NCBI GenBank assembly: GCA_963772455.1
Contig: CAVYXJ010000019.1
Coordinates: 1 to 49,406 of the forward strand
Source: Candidatus Bathyarchaeota archaeon
GTDB taxonomy: Archaea > Thermoproteota > Bathyarchaeia > Bathyarchaeales > Bathycorpusculaceae
Reading direction: 5' to 3'
DNA length: 49,406 nucleotides
How positions within the stretch are numbered: position 1 is the first letter of the stretch; each line of letters opens with the position of its first letter. The notes below the pieces were generated by a model, which ran no database searches, was not told where the DNA came from, and saw only the letters and a list, made by a program, of their open reading frames with translations. Below, piece after piece: positions 30,234 to 40,231 of this stretch. A program made the translations under genes and the position numbers.

Positions 30234-30863
30234 ATGTCTGCGAATAGAAAACCTACAACCGTTTACTGGCTGGATAAAACACTTTATCTAAACATAACAA
30301 ACCATTGTTCTAACAGTTGTTATTTTTGCCTCAAACGTTATAAGCGTGGTGTAGGCGGCTTTGATCTCAGACTTGAGGCAGAGCCAAGTATTGCACAAAT
30401 CATTGCTGACCTAACAGAGGTTTTGCATACGCAGATTTGGGATGAGTTGGTTTTTTGCGGTTTCGGGGAACCTACTGAGCGACTGGATGTTCTGCTTGAA
30501 GTTGCAAAGTATGTTAAGATGCATTATGGTAGACCTTTGCAAATTCGTTTGGACACGAACGGGCATGGTTACATGTTGAATCCGGGTAGGGATGTGGCTT
30601 TTGAGTTGAAGGCTGCTGGTGTTGACAGAGTTAGCGTAAGCTTGAACGCTAGTGACAAAGAAACCTACAACGAAATTTGCAAACCCATTTTCCCAGAAGG
30701 CTTCGAAGTTGTGCTGGATTTTATTCAGAAAACCAAGCTGTTGCTTGACGTTGAGGTCACAGCAGTTCGGCTTCCTGAAGTGGATTTGGCTAAGGTAAAG
30801 GCGGTTGCTGACAGTTTAGGAGTTTTATTTAATGTCAGGGAATACATTCCCTGTTTCTACTAA
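30234..30863 (+). CDS. TatD-associated radical SAM protein
   Basis: LYLNITNHCSNSCYFC, VFCGFGEPT, IRLDTNGHG and SVSLNA motifs. Confidence 0.88.
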   Translation: MSANRKPTTVYWLDKTLYLNITNHCSNSCYFCLKRYKRGVGGFDLRLEAEPSIAQIIADLTEVLHTQIWDELVFCGFGEPTERLDVLLEVAKYVKMHYGRPLQIRLDTNGHGYMLNPGRDVAFELKAAGVDRVSVSLNASDKETYNEICKPIFPEGFEVVLDFIQKTKLLLDVEVTAVRLPEVDLAKVKAVADSLGVLFNVREYIPCFY

Positions 30864-30958
30864 AGTAACTTGACCGAATAAAGTTTTATCGTTGAGGTTT
30901 CATGACTGTGAATATTGGCATTTTCTTTTTTTATTAAAATAAGTTCAAAATTATAGAG

Positions 30959-31687
30959 TTAGCCAATCGTCATGGGAGGAAACAAAAAGTTAGACCATAT
31001 AGTTATCATTCCAAACACAACGATCGCTGTAATAAGAAACAATAACACAAATAGCTGTCCTTTATTTTTTGGTTGAAGCACATAATTGGCAAACAAACAG
31101 GCACCAACATCTGCAATCGTCGTTAAAATTAAAGAAGTCAATAACCATTTTGCCGTTTGAGCACTCCTTTCTTGATAAGTTTCAGGTGTAGTTATATGAA
31201 GTGTTGTTGGGGTTGGATCGACGTCGTCTTTGAGTGGGTCGTACTTAGAGGTACTTGTTGAGTCATATGTCAAAGAATCAGCTAAAGTGTTGCCTTTGGC
31301 GGTTATTAGTTTCATTTGGTATTGGGTTCCATAGACTAAGGTGCCGTTTGGAAATGTCAAAGTTATTTCTTGAGAAGATGCTTTTGGAATAATGAAACCT
31401 TGCTTCAAATTAATGTTGAAAGCTTGATTCCCATTCGCATAACCCAAAGTAATAATCAAGTTGGTTCCACCATAGTTTTGAACCGTTACTTTCATAGTGT
31501 CGCCCGAGGGTACACCTTCAACGATTCGAATATGTGAAATTGAAGCCTGCTCTGCGCTTCCCATTAATCCAATAGCCATATCACCGGTCAAATTGGCAAA
31601 AAACAAGGTTCCAACAAAGATAACGCACAGCCCCACAACTAGAGCAAAAATCCATTTCTTACGGTTCAATAGATGGATCAACAACAA
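30959..31687 (-). CDS. Membrane protein with archaeal pilin-like beta domain
   Basis: N-terminal TM helix; EQASI..VTVQNYG..YQMKLITAKGN; two C-terminal TM helices. Confidence 0.55.
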   Translation of the reverse strand: MLLIHLLNRKKWIFALVVGLCVIFVGTLFFANLTGDMAIGLMGSAEQASISHIRIVEGVPSGDTMKVTVQNYGGTNLIITLGYANGNQAFNINLKQGFIIPKASSQEITLTFPNGTLVYGTQYQMKLITAKGNTLADSLTYDSTSTSKYDPLKDDVDPTPTTLHITTPETYQERSAQTAKWLLTSLILTTIADVGACLFANYVLQPKNKGQLFVLLFLITAIVVFGMITIWSNFLFPPMTIG

Positions 31688-31842
31688 GTCATTGCATGGT
31701 TCTTTTAATTAGATTTATGAATTCAAAATCATCTATCAATCGCTTAAAGAGTGGATGTTGCGAGAAAACAAGCTGCAATCGCATTAATTTTAATAGCCGC
31801 AAGTATTATTCGAAAAAGCTATGAACTTCTAATGTGAATTAA

Positions 31843-32346
31843 ATGGTAGAGGAACTTGTTTTGATAAGTAAAATTCTTGTTGGAGTAGACGGTTCTAAGA
31901 ACTCGGAAAAGGCTTTGGATTATGCTCTTGAAATTGCTGAAAAGTTTTCGGCATCTATTCTAATCATTAACGTTTTTCAGCCCCCTCCAGAATTTGGATA
32001 CCCAGCAAATATACCTACACAATTTCCGACACCTGGATATCCTCAAGATACGATTGGTGATCAGTCGAATTTGTCTGCTTTTATCAAAGATCTTCGAAAA
32101 ATACATGAAGCAGTTTTATCCAAAGCTGCTAAAAGGGCCATTAAGCTAAAGCCCATGCTTAAAATTACTACTGAACTCAAAGAAGGAAACACTCCGTCCC
32201 AGATAATTTCAACTGCTGCAGATGGCGGGTTTGATTTAATAGTTCTGGGTCATTTGGGAGAAAGCGAAATCAAAGAATTCCTTCTTGGTAGCACAAGCGA
32301 AAGAGTCGTTCACCAAGCAAAATGCGCCGTTCTAATAGTCAAATGA
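31843..32346 (+). CDS. Universal stress protein (UspA family)
   Basis: KILVGVDGS, DLIVLG and LLGSTSERVVHQAKCAVLIVK motifs. Confidence 0.95.
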   Translation: MVEELVLISKILVGVDGSKNSEKALDYALEIAEKFSASILIINVFQPPPEFGYPANIPTQFPTPGYPQDTIGDQSNLSAFIKDLRKIHEAVLSKAAKRAIKLKPMLKITTELKEGNTPSQIISTAADGGFDLIVLGHLGESEIKEFLLGSTSERVVHQAKCAVLIVK

Positions 32347-32504
32347 TTCAAGTAGTTAATGCAGCACAAGGGTGAAGAATGCTTTTTTGACCTTACTGTT
32401 GCTAAGAAACCTCTCATTTTGGTTAAGATTAATGGTCGTCGCAGTCACGATTATGAAAACTACTTAAAACTTAAGGAACTCTCAAAACTGTTGAATCTGT
32501 TAGG

Positions 32505-33116
32505 TTAATGCTTTGCAACTGTCGTTATGATTGTTTCAAAGCTGAAATCGGTTACATCAATTATTGTGGGGCTAACGGTTAGTGTTAGTTTTATGGGAAT
32601 TACTTCATTTGTTTTTAGGATTTGCCCTGAGTAGTTCCAGCTTAGAGACATGTAACTTGAAGAATTAAATGGAGTCCAGTTTGAGGTATGTAATACTAGG
32701 GAAACGGCTGAATTGTATTCATTTCGTACATATATTGTCAAATTATTGTTTGAATTTGGGTTTATGAGTCCCCAACTAAGGGAGTTGGTTGTGTTTCTGC
32801 AATCTTTGTCCCAGTAAATGCCAACTCCTATTCCAATCATAGAATCTGCTTTTACGATACTTTTGGCTGGACCGAAATCCTCGATGACAGTAATTAGTGT
32901 TATTAAAATTAAAACGCAGATTGCAGCGAATATTGTTTTTCTTTTGACTTGATTGTGGGAGGTGGCGATGGTTGCTTTTAGGTTTATTAATCGTTTATTG
33001 ATGTTATTTGGTGTTTTTTTAAGGTGTTCCCAAAATATTCTAAAATCTTTGCAATACAATGTCATAATATATAATATATTGTCTTGAATTATAAGAAACC
33101 ATGTGACTGCCATCAC
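32505..33116 (-). CDS. Hypothetical membrane-anchored Ig-like protein (start uncertain, likely downstream of 33116)
   Basis: TM helix then GVGIYWD..C..LSWG..YVRNE..LSWNYSG beta domain. Confidence 0.6.
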   Translation of the reverse strand: MMAVTWFLIIQDNILYIMTLYCKDFRIFWEHLKKTPNNINKRLINLKATIATSHNQVKRKTIFAAICVLILITLITVIEDFGPAKSIVKADSMIGIGVGIYWDKDCRNTTNSLSWGLINPNSNNNLTIYVRNEYNSAVSLVLHTSNWTPFNSSSYMSLSWNYSGQILKTNEVIPIKLTLTVSPTIIDVTDFSFETIITTVAKH

Positions 33117-33349
33117 ACAGTAACAAAGTTAAAATTTAATACAGAAAGTGAAATTGAATTAACTTTCGAAATGAAATATAGTTTTGAGATACTAAAATCT
33201 GGATCAATTATCCTGCTATTTATTATAACTTCAAAGATAGAAGTTATTTTTTTTTGAGCATGTGGAAGCTCTTTTCATTTTCTATGTCTGCAAAAACAGA
33301 AACCATTTTTTTAAAGAAAAAGAAAGAGGCAATTTGTAAAAATTAGTCT

Positions 33350-33856
33350 TTAGCTTTCATATGCTTTTTCTAGGTCTTCGATGACAATTTTTTTCATTTT
33401 AAGCATTGCATCCATGACTCTTTTTGCCTTAACTTTATCTTTATCAGATAACAGTTCGCCCATTCGTTTAGGAATAATCTGCCATGAAAGACCATACTTA
33501 TCTTTGAGCCAACCGCAAACTTCAGACTCCGGAACCGCTGATAGTTTTTCCCAAAAATAATCAACCTCGCCTTGATCCGCGCACTCCACATAGAAAGATG
33601 TCGCTTCTGTGAACTTGAATATTGGGCCTCCATCAAGAGCCATAAAACGTTGCCCATTAAGCTCAAAAATAGCTGTCAAGATCTTTCCTTCCATTCCCAT
33701 TACTGGAATATTCGATGGTCCTTCCGGGTAACGTTGAATGCTAACGATCATAGAGTTTTTGGGGCTGTTAGGCGCTGAATTAAAAATTTCTATATAAGAT
33801 TTTATTGCTTCTTCAGCTTCTTTATCAAACCATAGACATGGAACAATTTTTTGCAT
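33350..33856 (-). CDS. VOC family protein (PhnB/3-demethylubiquinone-9 methyltransferase-like)
   Basis: QKIVPCLWFD, FMALDGGP and CGWLKDKYGLSWQI motifs. Confidence 0.93.
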   Translation of the reverse strand: MQKIVPCLWFDKEAEEAIKSYIEIFNSAPNSPKNSMIVSIQRYPEGPSNIPVMGMEGKILTAIFELNGQRFMALDGGPIFKFTEATSFYVECADQGEVDYFWEKLSAVPESEVCGWLKDKYGLSWQIIPKRMGELLSDKDKVKAKRVMDAMLKMKKIVIEDLEKAYES

Positions 33857-34210
33857 AATTCATAAACCTCTTTTTTCGAGAGAAAATCAATAAGTTATTT
33901 TGTTAATGCTTGTTATTTTAGGCTTTGTAGTTGTATGTTTGCAGCTACAGTCTTTGTTATTGCTAGAATCTCTTAATTAGAATGGGCGCAAATACGAAAA
34001 ATAGAGCACCTTGTGTCATCTTTTTATTGGTCACAGCAGCAAATTGTACGATGATTTTTCAAAAGCATCCACAATACTAGGTTTTTACTCTTATGCTCAT
34101 TCAATAATTATTATATTCAAATACTATGTGCTATGAGAAAAGAGCTGATAAAACGTGTTTATTGGATCAATGAACCATAAATCTTTTATCAGCCAGGAAC
34201 TATTAGCTCT

Positions 34211-34260
34211 TCGTGAATATTGGTGAATTATGGTGAATATTCACTAATATTGCCGAATAT
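34211..34260. promoter_or_regulatory. Five degenerate 10-bp tandem units including the palindrome GTGAATATTCAC; candidate operator
   Basis: tcgtgaatat/tggtgaatta/tggtgaatat/tcactaatat/tgccgaatat directly upstream of the small ORF-GNAT pair. Confidence 0.4.
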
Positions 34261-34277
34261 AATGGATTGTGAATAAT

Positions 34278-34415
34278 ATGCTTCCAAAACCAATACCTGC
34301 GTTGAATGCAGAGCAGTGGGCTACATTAGAGAAAGAAATGAAGCGGAAGCCATCAAAGAAAGATGTTGAACGGCTCAAGCGTGCAAAAAAGACTTTTAAG
34401 AATTGCCCGCTATAA
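34278..34415 (+). CDS. Small putative antitoxin of the GNAT gene (45 aa, not in ORF track)
   Basis: MLPKPIPALNAEQWATLEKEMKRKPSKKDVERLKRAKKTFKNCPL; ends 12 nt before the GNAT start; resembles the C-terminal half of DUF1778-type antitoxins. Confidence 0.65.
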   Translation: MLPKPIPALNAEQWATLEKEMKRKPSKKDVERLKRAKKTFKNCPL

Positions 34416-34427
34416 TACAGCCTCTCT

Positions 34428-34961
34428 ATGAATGCTGACAGAATAACTGCTAAAGACTTATCGGCACCGAAGATTTTAGATCAAAACGACGACGTGAGTA
34501 GCTTTAGCTGCGGCGTCAAAGACATGGATGAGTTCATTCAGAAGGAAGCATTGGATTTTCAGAAGGAACGTCTCGGTGTAACTTACCTTTTCATGCATGA
34601 CAATGATTTGGTTGGGTTTGCTACATTATCAATGGCAGACTTGAAAAGAGAAAAATTGGAAGCCCAACATAGACCTCAATCAAATATTGAGAATTATCCA
34701 GCACTATTAATTGGTCAGCTAGCAGTTTGTGAAAAACTTCAAAACCAAGATGTTGGCACGTTCATTTGTGATTTTTGTTTTGACCGAGCATTAAAGTTCT
34801 CAAAGTTAGTAGGATGTAGGTTTATGTTTGTGAATGCAATAGAATCTGCCTTAGGATTTTACGTGAAATATGGTTTTGTGTTACTTCCAAAGCAGGAAGG
34901 AAGAGAACAGAAAGTAATGTTTCTTGATATATCCAAAGCAACCGAACCATTAACAAAGTAA
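34428..34961 (+). CDS. GNAT acetyltransferase, AtaT/TacT-like toxin
   Basis: FSCGVKDMDEF, YPALLIGQLAV..QNQDVG and AIESALGFYVKYGF motifs. Confidence 0.85.
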   Translation: MNADRITAKDLSAPKILDQNDDVSSFSCGVKDMDEFIQKEALDFQKERLGVTYLFMHDNDLVGFATLSMADLKREKLEAQHRPQSNIENYPALLIGQLAVCEKLQNQDVGTFICDFCFDRALKFSKLVGCRFMFVNAIESALGFYVKYGFVLLPKQEGREQKVMFLDISKATEPLTK

Positions 34962-35156
34962 ACTTGTTGTTCATGCTAGCCAGCAGGTAATTAATTTGGG
35001 TTTAAATTCTGTTGAAGTTGCAACCCATGCGCAACAACTATTGCAACAACAATTTGCTTTTATGATTAGTATTAATTCTCTATTTCGATGAGATTTCAGC
35101 TCATACCCACCATATTTTGTAAAAATTTATTTACTTGTAAGAAATAATGGTAAAAC

Positions 35157-35420
35157 ATGACAGAGCAGATTGAAGACGTGATAAAGATCTCATCCAAGGG
35201 TCAAATCGTAATCCCGCGAGAGATACGCAAGAAACTGGGAATGAAAGGTGGAGAGAAGCTTTTAGTGCTTACTTGCGATGGCGATATAGTGCTAAGAAAA
35301 GCTAAGCAAGAATCCCTTGATGATCTAGGAGAGCGCATTGACAAAGTAGTAAAGGAAGAGCATATTGACGTTGATAAGCTTGTGGCTGAGGCAATCGAGT
35401 GGGCAAGAAAATCAAAGTAG
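35157..35420 (+). CDS. AbrB/MazE/SpoVT-family antitoxin
   Basis: KISSKGQIVIPREIRKKLG motif. Confidence 0.93.
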   Translation: MTEQIEDVIKISSKGQIVIPREIRKKLGMKGGEKLLVLTCDGDIVLRKAKQESLDDLGERIDKVVKEEHIDVDKLVAEAIEWARKSK

Positions 35421-35818
35421 TCTTTGACACGAATATTTGGATTTCAATCTTCATGGACAAAAGGCTCAGAGACGAGTTTTCCCATTCAAAGCACGCTGTA
35501 ACAGTATATGTGAGTGAAGACATCGGGCTTGAAATATCGAAAGTTTTACAGTATCCACAAGTCGCTGAAATTCTAAGGAAGATAGGTATGCGAGAGAAGG
35601 ATGTTTTGCTAATTCTTGCAAATAACTCTGTGAAGGTTGAGACTAAACTGAAACTTCACGTCATAAATGAGGACTCTGAAGATAACAAAATTTTCGAGTG
35701 TGCACTAGCAGCTAAAGCAGACATAATCGTTTCTGGAGATAAACACCTTCTTAATCTTGGCAAGTTCAAGAAAACCAGAATACTCACGGCAAGAGAGTTT
35801 TTTGATAACATCACTTAA
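35399..35818 (+). CDS. PIN-family toxin
   Basis: VVFDTNIWIS and EDNKIFECALAAKADIIVSGDKHLL motifs; overlaps the antitoxin gene. Confidence 0.93.
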   Translation: MGKKIKVVFDTNIWISIFMDKRLRDEFSHSKHAVTVYVSEDIGLEISKVLQYPQVAEILRKIGMREKDVLLILANNSVKVETKLKLHVINEDSEDNKIFECALAAKADIIVSGDKHLLNLGKFKKTRILTAREFFDNIT

Positions 35819-35976
35819 ACCGGTTGGGCGAACCTTATTTGAAGTTTACAGGTTAACACGTTACTTAGTATAAGTTTAGTTTCTTTAGAGTATTCTCGAA
35901 TAAGAACGTTACAAATCACTTATGTCATTGACATTCAAAGATAATATAAATCGAGAATGATAACTATCACAAACAC

Positions 35977-36883
35977 TTGTCGATCTTAACTCAAGCATGT
36001 GATATGATGGAAACTCTGTATATTACAATTACACGAAATGATGTTAGCCGTTACAAAATAATTTGCGACACATTGATTGCGAAAACAGAAGTAGCTAAAG
36101 ATTACAATGCTTTAAGAATTCTATTTTTCGCTAATACTTCCGTACTTGAAGTTTTTCAGAAACAAATCATTCAAGCGATCGGTGGAAACTTCCAAGGCAA
36201 GTTACCCCTGCAAGCCTATGCATATGCCTCCAAACAAAAAAAGTGTGCCATAGCGATTAATACGGATGAGTTAATGAATAAAACATTGGAGAATTGCGAG
36301 TTTATTATCTTAGAAGAGTTTTGTCATCTGCTAGATTATGCTGCAGATGATTTTACTCAAAGCAGCCAATTTCTTAGTTTCTGTAACGATTATAGTAAAC
36401 ATGTTGATTGCCATTTCTCATCTAAAATTTCTGAGCAACTAGTATATCAATTATAATCATTATTACGTTAACAAACTCTTGTTATTTTTTGATGTAGAAA
36501 AATGGATTCAATTCAAATCTAAATATTACGGTCCAAGCTTAAAAGCCCAATTAAGCCGATTGTTTGCTGAAATTAGGGCGACAAAACCAGCCAAACATTG
36601 CCTGGCCATTATAACCACAGAAATCCTAAACGCACTCTGTTTTACTCGCTCAGTAGAGAGTTTTTTAGCTTACGCAAAACTGCCGGAGGAACAGATACAA
36701 CAACTATTGGCGAGCAAAAACAAGGCAATCGAGACAATAGGTTTTGCAGAACAGAATGCAAGAATACTTGATAAGACCTATCCAAACACTATAGATTACT
36801 TTAGACCAAGTGATTTTACCTCTAAAGATAGCTTTTTTATTAGAGTAAGACAATTTTGGAATTATCTACACTTATTTGAATGA
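35977..36883 (+). pseudogene. Hypothetical protein split by a frameshift (ORFs 35977-36456 and 36479-36883)
   Basis: The frame of the second ORF is open back to 36443 (NHYYVNKLLLF) and overlaps the end of the first; zincin-like ILEEFCHLL. Confidence 0.5.
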
Positions 36884-36960
36884 TGAATTCCTAAATTATT
36901 TGGTTTTTAGCAGAAAAAGTTTATGTATGCAAATGATACCTATTGTATACGGTGGTTTTG

Positions 36961-37281
36961 TTGACCCTAAAACCCTTAGCCGTCAGAGTTCCAGCTGAAT
37001 TAGAAAGAGAAATCCTCGAAATCACAAAAACAGAAAAAATAGACAAAGCAACGGTCGTCAGAAATCTTCTCGAAACAGGCATCACTGAGTGGAGAAAACA
37101 TACAGCTTTGGAGCTTTTGCAGAAAGGAAAAATAACTTTCGCACAAGCAGCAGATATTGCAAAACTCTCTCTTTGGGAGTTTGCCGATTTAGCCAATCAA
37201 CACAACATTGAATGGGTGAGATACACCCCCGAAGATGTAACCAAAGACTTCACCAATGCTTCAGTGGTTAACCATAAATGA
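36961..37281 (+). CDS. UPF0175-family antitoxin with RHH-like N-terminus
   Basis: LAVRVPAEL, DKATVVRNLL and GKITFAQAADIAKLSLWEF motifs. Confidence 0.88.
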   Translation: MTLKPLAVRVPAELEREILEITKTEKIDKATVVRNLLETGITEWRKHTALELLQKGKITFAQAADIAKLSLWEFADLANQHNIEWVRYTPEDVTKDFTNASVVNHK

Positions 37282-37796
37282 AAACTCTAGTTTTCAATTC
37301 TACACCTTTGATCTATATTTCGAAAGCTGGACTGTGCAAAATTATTGAGAATTTAAGAGCAGAAAAGTTGACGTCTCCTATAGTTAAGCAAGAAGTTGTA
37401 GATAAAGGCAAACTCAAAGGTGTTCCAGACGCAATTGCCCTGGAGAAATTGTTTGACAAGGGCGTTTTCAAGTTGTGTGAACCCAAAGATAAGGCGTTTC
37501 TTTCTCAATTATCATTGACTCGTGGGCTTCATGTTGCGGATGCTCAGGTTTTAGCTCTCGCCAAAGAATATGATGCACTGGCAGTTATTGATGATGAAGT
37601 AGCTAGAAAGACAGCGAATGTATACGGAATCAATTATGTTGGTACACCGTATATTTTGGCTAGGGCTGTTTTTGAAGAGATCATCTCAAAAGAGCAGGCT
37701 AAGATAGCAGTAAACGATATGGTTTCTGCTGGTTGGCGATGCAGCGTTGAAAGCTACGCAAAGATTATGGAATTATTAGACAAAATAGAAGTCTGA
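37278..37796 (+). CDS. PIN-domain protein, DUF3368-like toxin
   Basis: VFNSTPLIY, LHVADAQVLALA, IDDEVARK and GTPYIL motifs; ATGA-type overlap with the antitoxin gene. Confidence 0.88.
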   Translation: MKTLVFNSTPLIYISKAGLCKIIENLRAEKLTSPIVKQEVVDKGKLKGVPDAIALEKLFDKGVFKLCEPKDKAFLSQLSLTRGLHVADAQVLALAKEYDALAVIDDEVARKTANVYGINYVGTPYILARAVFEEIISKEQAKIAVNDMVSAGWRCSVESYAKIMELLDKIEV

Positions 37797-37984
37797 CCAA
37801 TGAAGCAGCATCGCTTAGGAGAAAATAATTAAACTTTTGTTTGCAGAAACAGTACATCACGTCAAACCTTAGAAAAACATGCAAAAATACCATCACTGCA
37901 ACCAGCATAATTCATCCTAATTAGCGGTTGCCTGGTCAGTCTACATATTAAGTTAGAGGGAGACTGCTTTGAACGGTTTTGGAC

Positions 37985-38134
37985 CTACACATTATTTCTA
38001 CGCGGTACCCAATGGATGCATGTTCCCCAAGAAACCACATGCCTATTGAAGTCACAAACCAAGTAAGAAAGATTACAAATGCCACAATTAACACATGACT
38101 TGGAAACAGAATTGACTATTTGCATTTCTTCCAA
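37985..38134 (-). CDS. Small Cys-rich protein (about 49 aa, not in ORF track)
   Basis: MEEMQIVNSVSKSCVNCGICNLSYLVCDFNRHVVSWGTCIHWVPRRNNV; AGGTG 7 nt upstream of the TTG start. Confidence 0.5.
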   Translation of the reverse strand: MEEMQIVNSVSKSCVNCGICNLSYLVCDFNRHVVSWGTCIHWVPRRNNV

Positions 38135-38342
38135 CTCCAAGCACCTAAACACTAGTTATTAAAGAAAATATAAGGCGTGTTTCAACTCTCAGATTATATC
38201 AAGAATGATAAGCCAAGATCAGATCTTAGATACTTTCGCCGTCAAAAAATAGTCCTCTTAGTCTTCGATAGATTTTTGCTGCGTGAAGCATGTGTTTGGG
38301 AGCCCTAAACTTGCTTCAAATAAATAGTGAAAATCTAAGAAA

Positions 38343-38534
38343 TTAATCTAATTTTAATAATTTTTCAACAATGAAATAACCAGCAAGTATGACAACTATG
38401 AAAACTACAACAGCTATTGTTAATCCAACAAGAAGGTCACTCATGAAGCCTCTAGATGCAATTGCAGCGAATAGAACAGCAAGAACAATGTAACCTATTG
38501 TGATTATGTACTTTATTATACTATTTAATTCCAT
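38343..38534 (-). CDS. Small two-TM membrane protein
   Basis: 63 aa with two hydrophobic helices. Confidence 0.65.
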   Translation of the reverse strand: MELNSIIKYIITIGYIVLAVLFAAIASRGFMSDLLVGLTIAVVVFIVVILAGYFIVEKLLKLD

Positions 38535-38845
38535 AGCTCAATACATTATATGCCATGAAGTTTTAAGGTTTTTCATTTATGAGATAGAATGTTTTTTTTA
38601 CAACTTTTTTGCACTCAGAAGGTTAAGTTAAAAATTAAAATCCAGAGGGTCTTCTTTAATTGTAACTTCAAATACAGTTCCAAATAGCACTAATATTCTC
38701 TGTCTTTTTTCCAGATGTTAAGAGAACATTGACCCCAACAATAACTACTGCTTTTATAGATGCAGCCCCCACAATTTGGGGAATCAAAAAATCTACGTTT
38801 AATCACAAGAACTACTCATGTGTAATATAGTGCTGAGCTTGATTT

Positions 38846-40183
38846 CTATCTTTGCTTTTTATTTGGCGAATTGCAGCAAAGTGCTTTTCTATCTAAAAGC
38901 CGTCTTATAGTAGGCATTATCTCTTTAGCGGAAATCTCCATTAGAAGTTCATTAATCTCATCTGGTTCTTGAGGTTGGGAAGCCCCCGAAATTCTTGCGG
39001 TCAACGCCTCCAGAATGGTGGTTCTTCCATCTAGGAGCGCTATCAACTCTACCATGTCTGGGGGAATCTCCATTTCGAAGCCATCATGGAAGTTGATTGT
39101 TGCAACGTCGACTGGTAGATTGTATCTTTGAAGAGAGACTTTACTAGACAGCTTGGGTTTTAGTTGCAGTAGTTCTTTATCTTGAATTTCAGAGACACAA
39201 ATGTTCAATTCTTCACATTTTGCTTGTGCAAACCCTATGCAGCCCCCTTGGCACCGCTCTTTTTTTGCATGTTCACAAGTCTCGCATTCTTTTAGGGGAT
39301 AAAATTTGAATTGATATAGCCTACTCATTCGTTGGTAATATTCCAGGATTTCGCCCAAGGAGTCAAAGTCGTCGAGTTTTTTGTTGAATAGCTTAGATGT
39401 TCCAAAGCATCTCCAAACGGAGAGGTCAGGACCTATATCGATAGCTGGGTTGCAGACAAAGTTGCGTTGAGGTGAAACAACCTGTTTGATCATGAGTTCT
39501 GATAATTCTTGAGGCGTGAACATGCATATGGGCACAGCGTTGTCTAGTCCAACCGTAGCGCCTAACTGTTCAGCCCTATGAGTGAAATCCATAACGTATT
39601 TGGCAGCTTGTTTATACTCTTTTATGGGTAAGTGAGTGTTTGTTTTTCCTTCAACGCTAACAGGCATCGAAAAACTTAGGCGAAGATTCTTAAAACCATA
39701 CTTTGTTACAAGCTCAAAGATGTAGTCATAATCGGGTTTTTTTTCGAATAAATTGAAGCTTAATGTTATGTTTCCTCGTTTGCTAAGAAACGCAAGGTTT
39801 TCTTCTAGTCTTTCTTTTTCTGAGTTTTTGTATGTTTTGGGGTGGTCTATGTTTAATAGAAAGCCAAGGGAAACTGGAGATATTTTGTCAAAAAAAGCAT
39901 TTAATTCTGGGTTCCAAAGTGCGTTGGTTAAGAGGTTTACTCTGAGGTTATTTTTGAGTAGAAGCGTCATTATCTCTGTGAATTTGGAGTGAATCGTGGG
40001 TTCGCCACCTGCGAGTTGAATTGCGTCGCAGTGGGTTTTGGAGAGAAATGCCAGAGCCTTTTCTACATTTTCAATGCTGATTTCTGTTGGAGCATTTTTG
40101 TCTTTGTAAGAATGGAGTTTTTCTTTTGCGAAACAATAACTACAAGCGCGGTTACAGCGCATCGTTAATAAAAGATTAACCAA
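38846..40183 (-). CDS. Radical SAM/SPASM-domain protein with C-terminal PqqD/RRE-like domain; putative RiPP maturase
   Basis: CNRACSYC, GGEPT and TNA motifs; SPASM cysteines (CNPAIDIGPDLSVWRC; CETC-x7-CQGGC); tail LIALLDGRTTILEA...IRRLLDRKAL. Confidence 0.88.
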   Translation of the reverse strand: MVNLLLTMRCNRACSYCFAKEKLHSYKDKNAPTEISIENVEKALAFLSKTHCDAIQLAGGEPTIHSKFTEIMTLLLKNNLRVNLLTNALWNPELNAFFDKISPVSLGFLLNIDHPKTYKNSEKERLEENLAFLSKRGNITLSFNLFEKKPDYDYIFELVTKYGFKNLRLSFSMPVSVEGKTNTHLPIKEYKQAAKYVMDFTHRAEQLGATVGLDNAVPICMFTPQELSELMIKQVVSPQRNFVCNPAIDIGPDLSVWRCFGTSKLFNKKLDDFDSLGEILEYYQRMSRLYQFKFYPLKECETCEHAKKERCQGGCIGFAQAKCEELNICVSEIQDKELLQLKPKLSSKVSLQRYNLPVDVATINFHDGFEMEIPPDMVELIALLDGRTTILEALTARISGASQPQEPDEINELLMEISAKEIMPTIRRLLDRKALCCNSPNKKQR

Positions 40184-40208
40184 AGGAATACCTTTTAGAT
40201 TGAGTAAT

Positions 40209-40217
40209 AAAAAAAAA
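40209..40217 (-). terminator. Oligo-T tract between the precursor and rSAM genes (possible leaky terminator)
   Basis: T9 on the minus strand, 14 nt after the precursor stop. Confidence 0.35.
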
Positions 40218-40231
40218 TAAGGTTATTAGCC

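Noticed and set aside
30234-30863. Second radical SAM gene as part of the RiPP-like system
   Set aside because: It is a short TatD-associated type with no SPASM or RRE domain, 8 kb away on the opposite strand.
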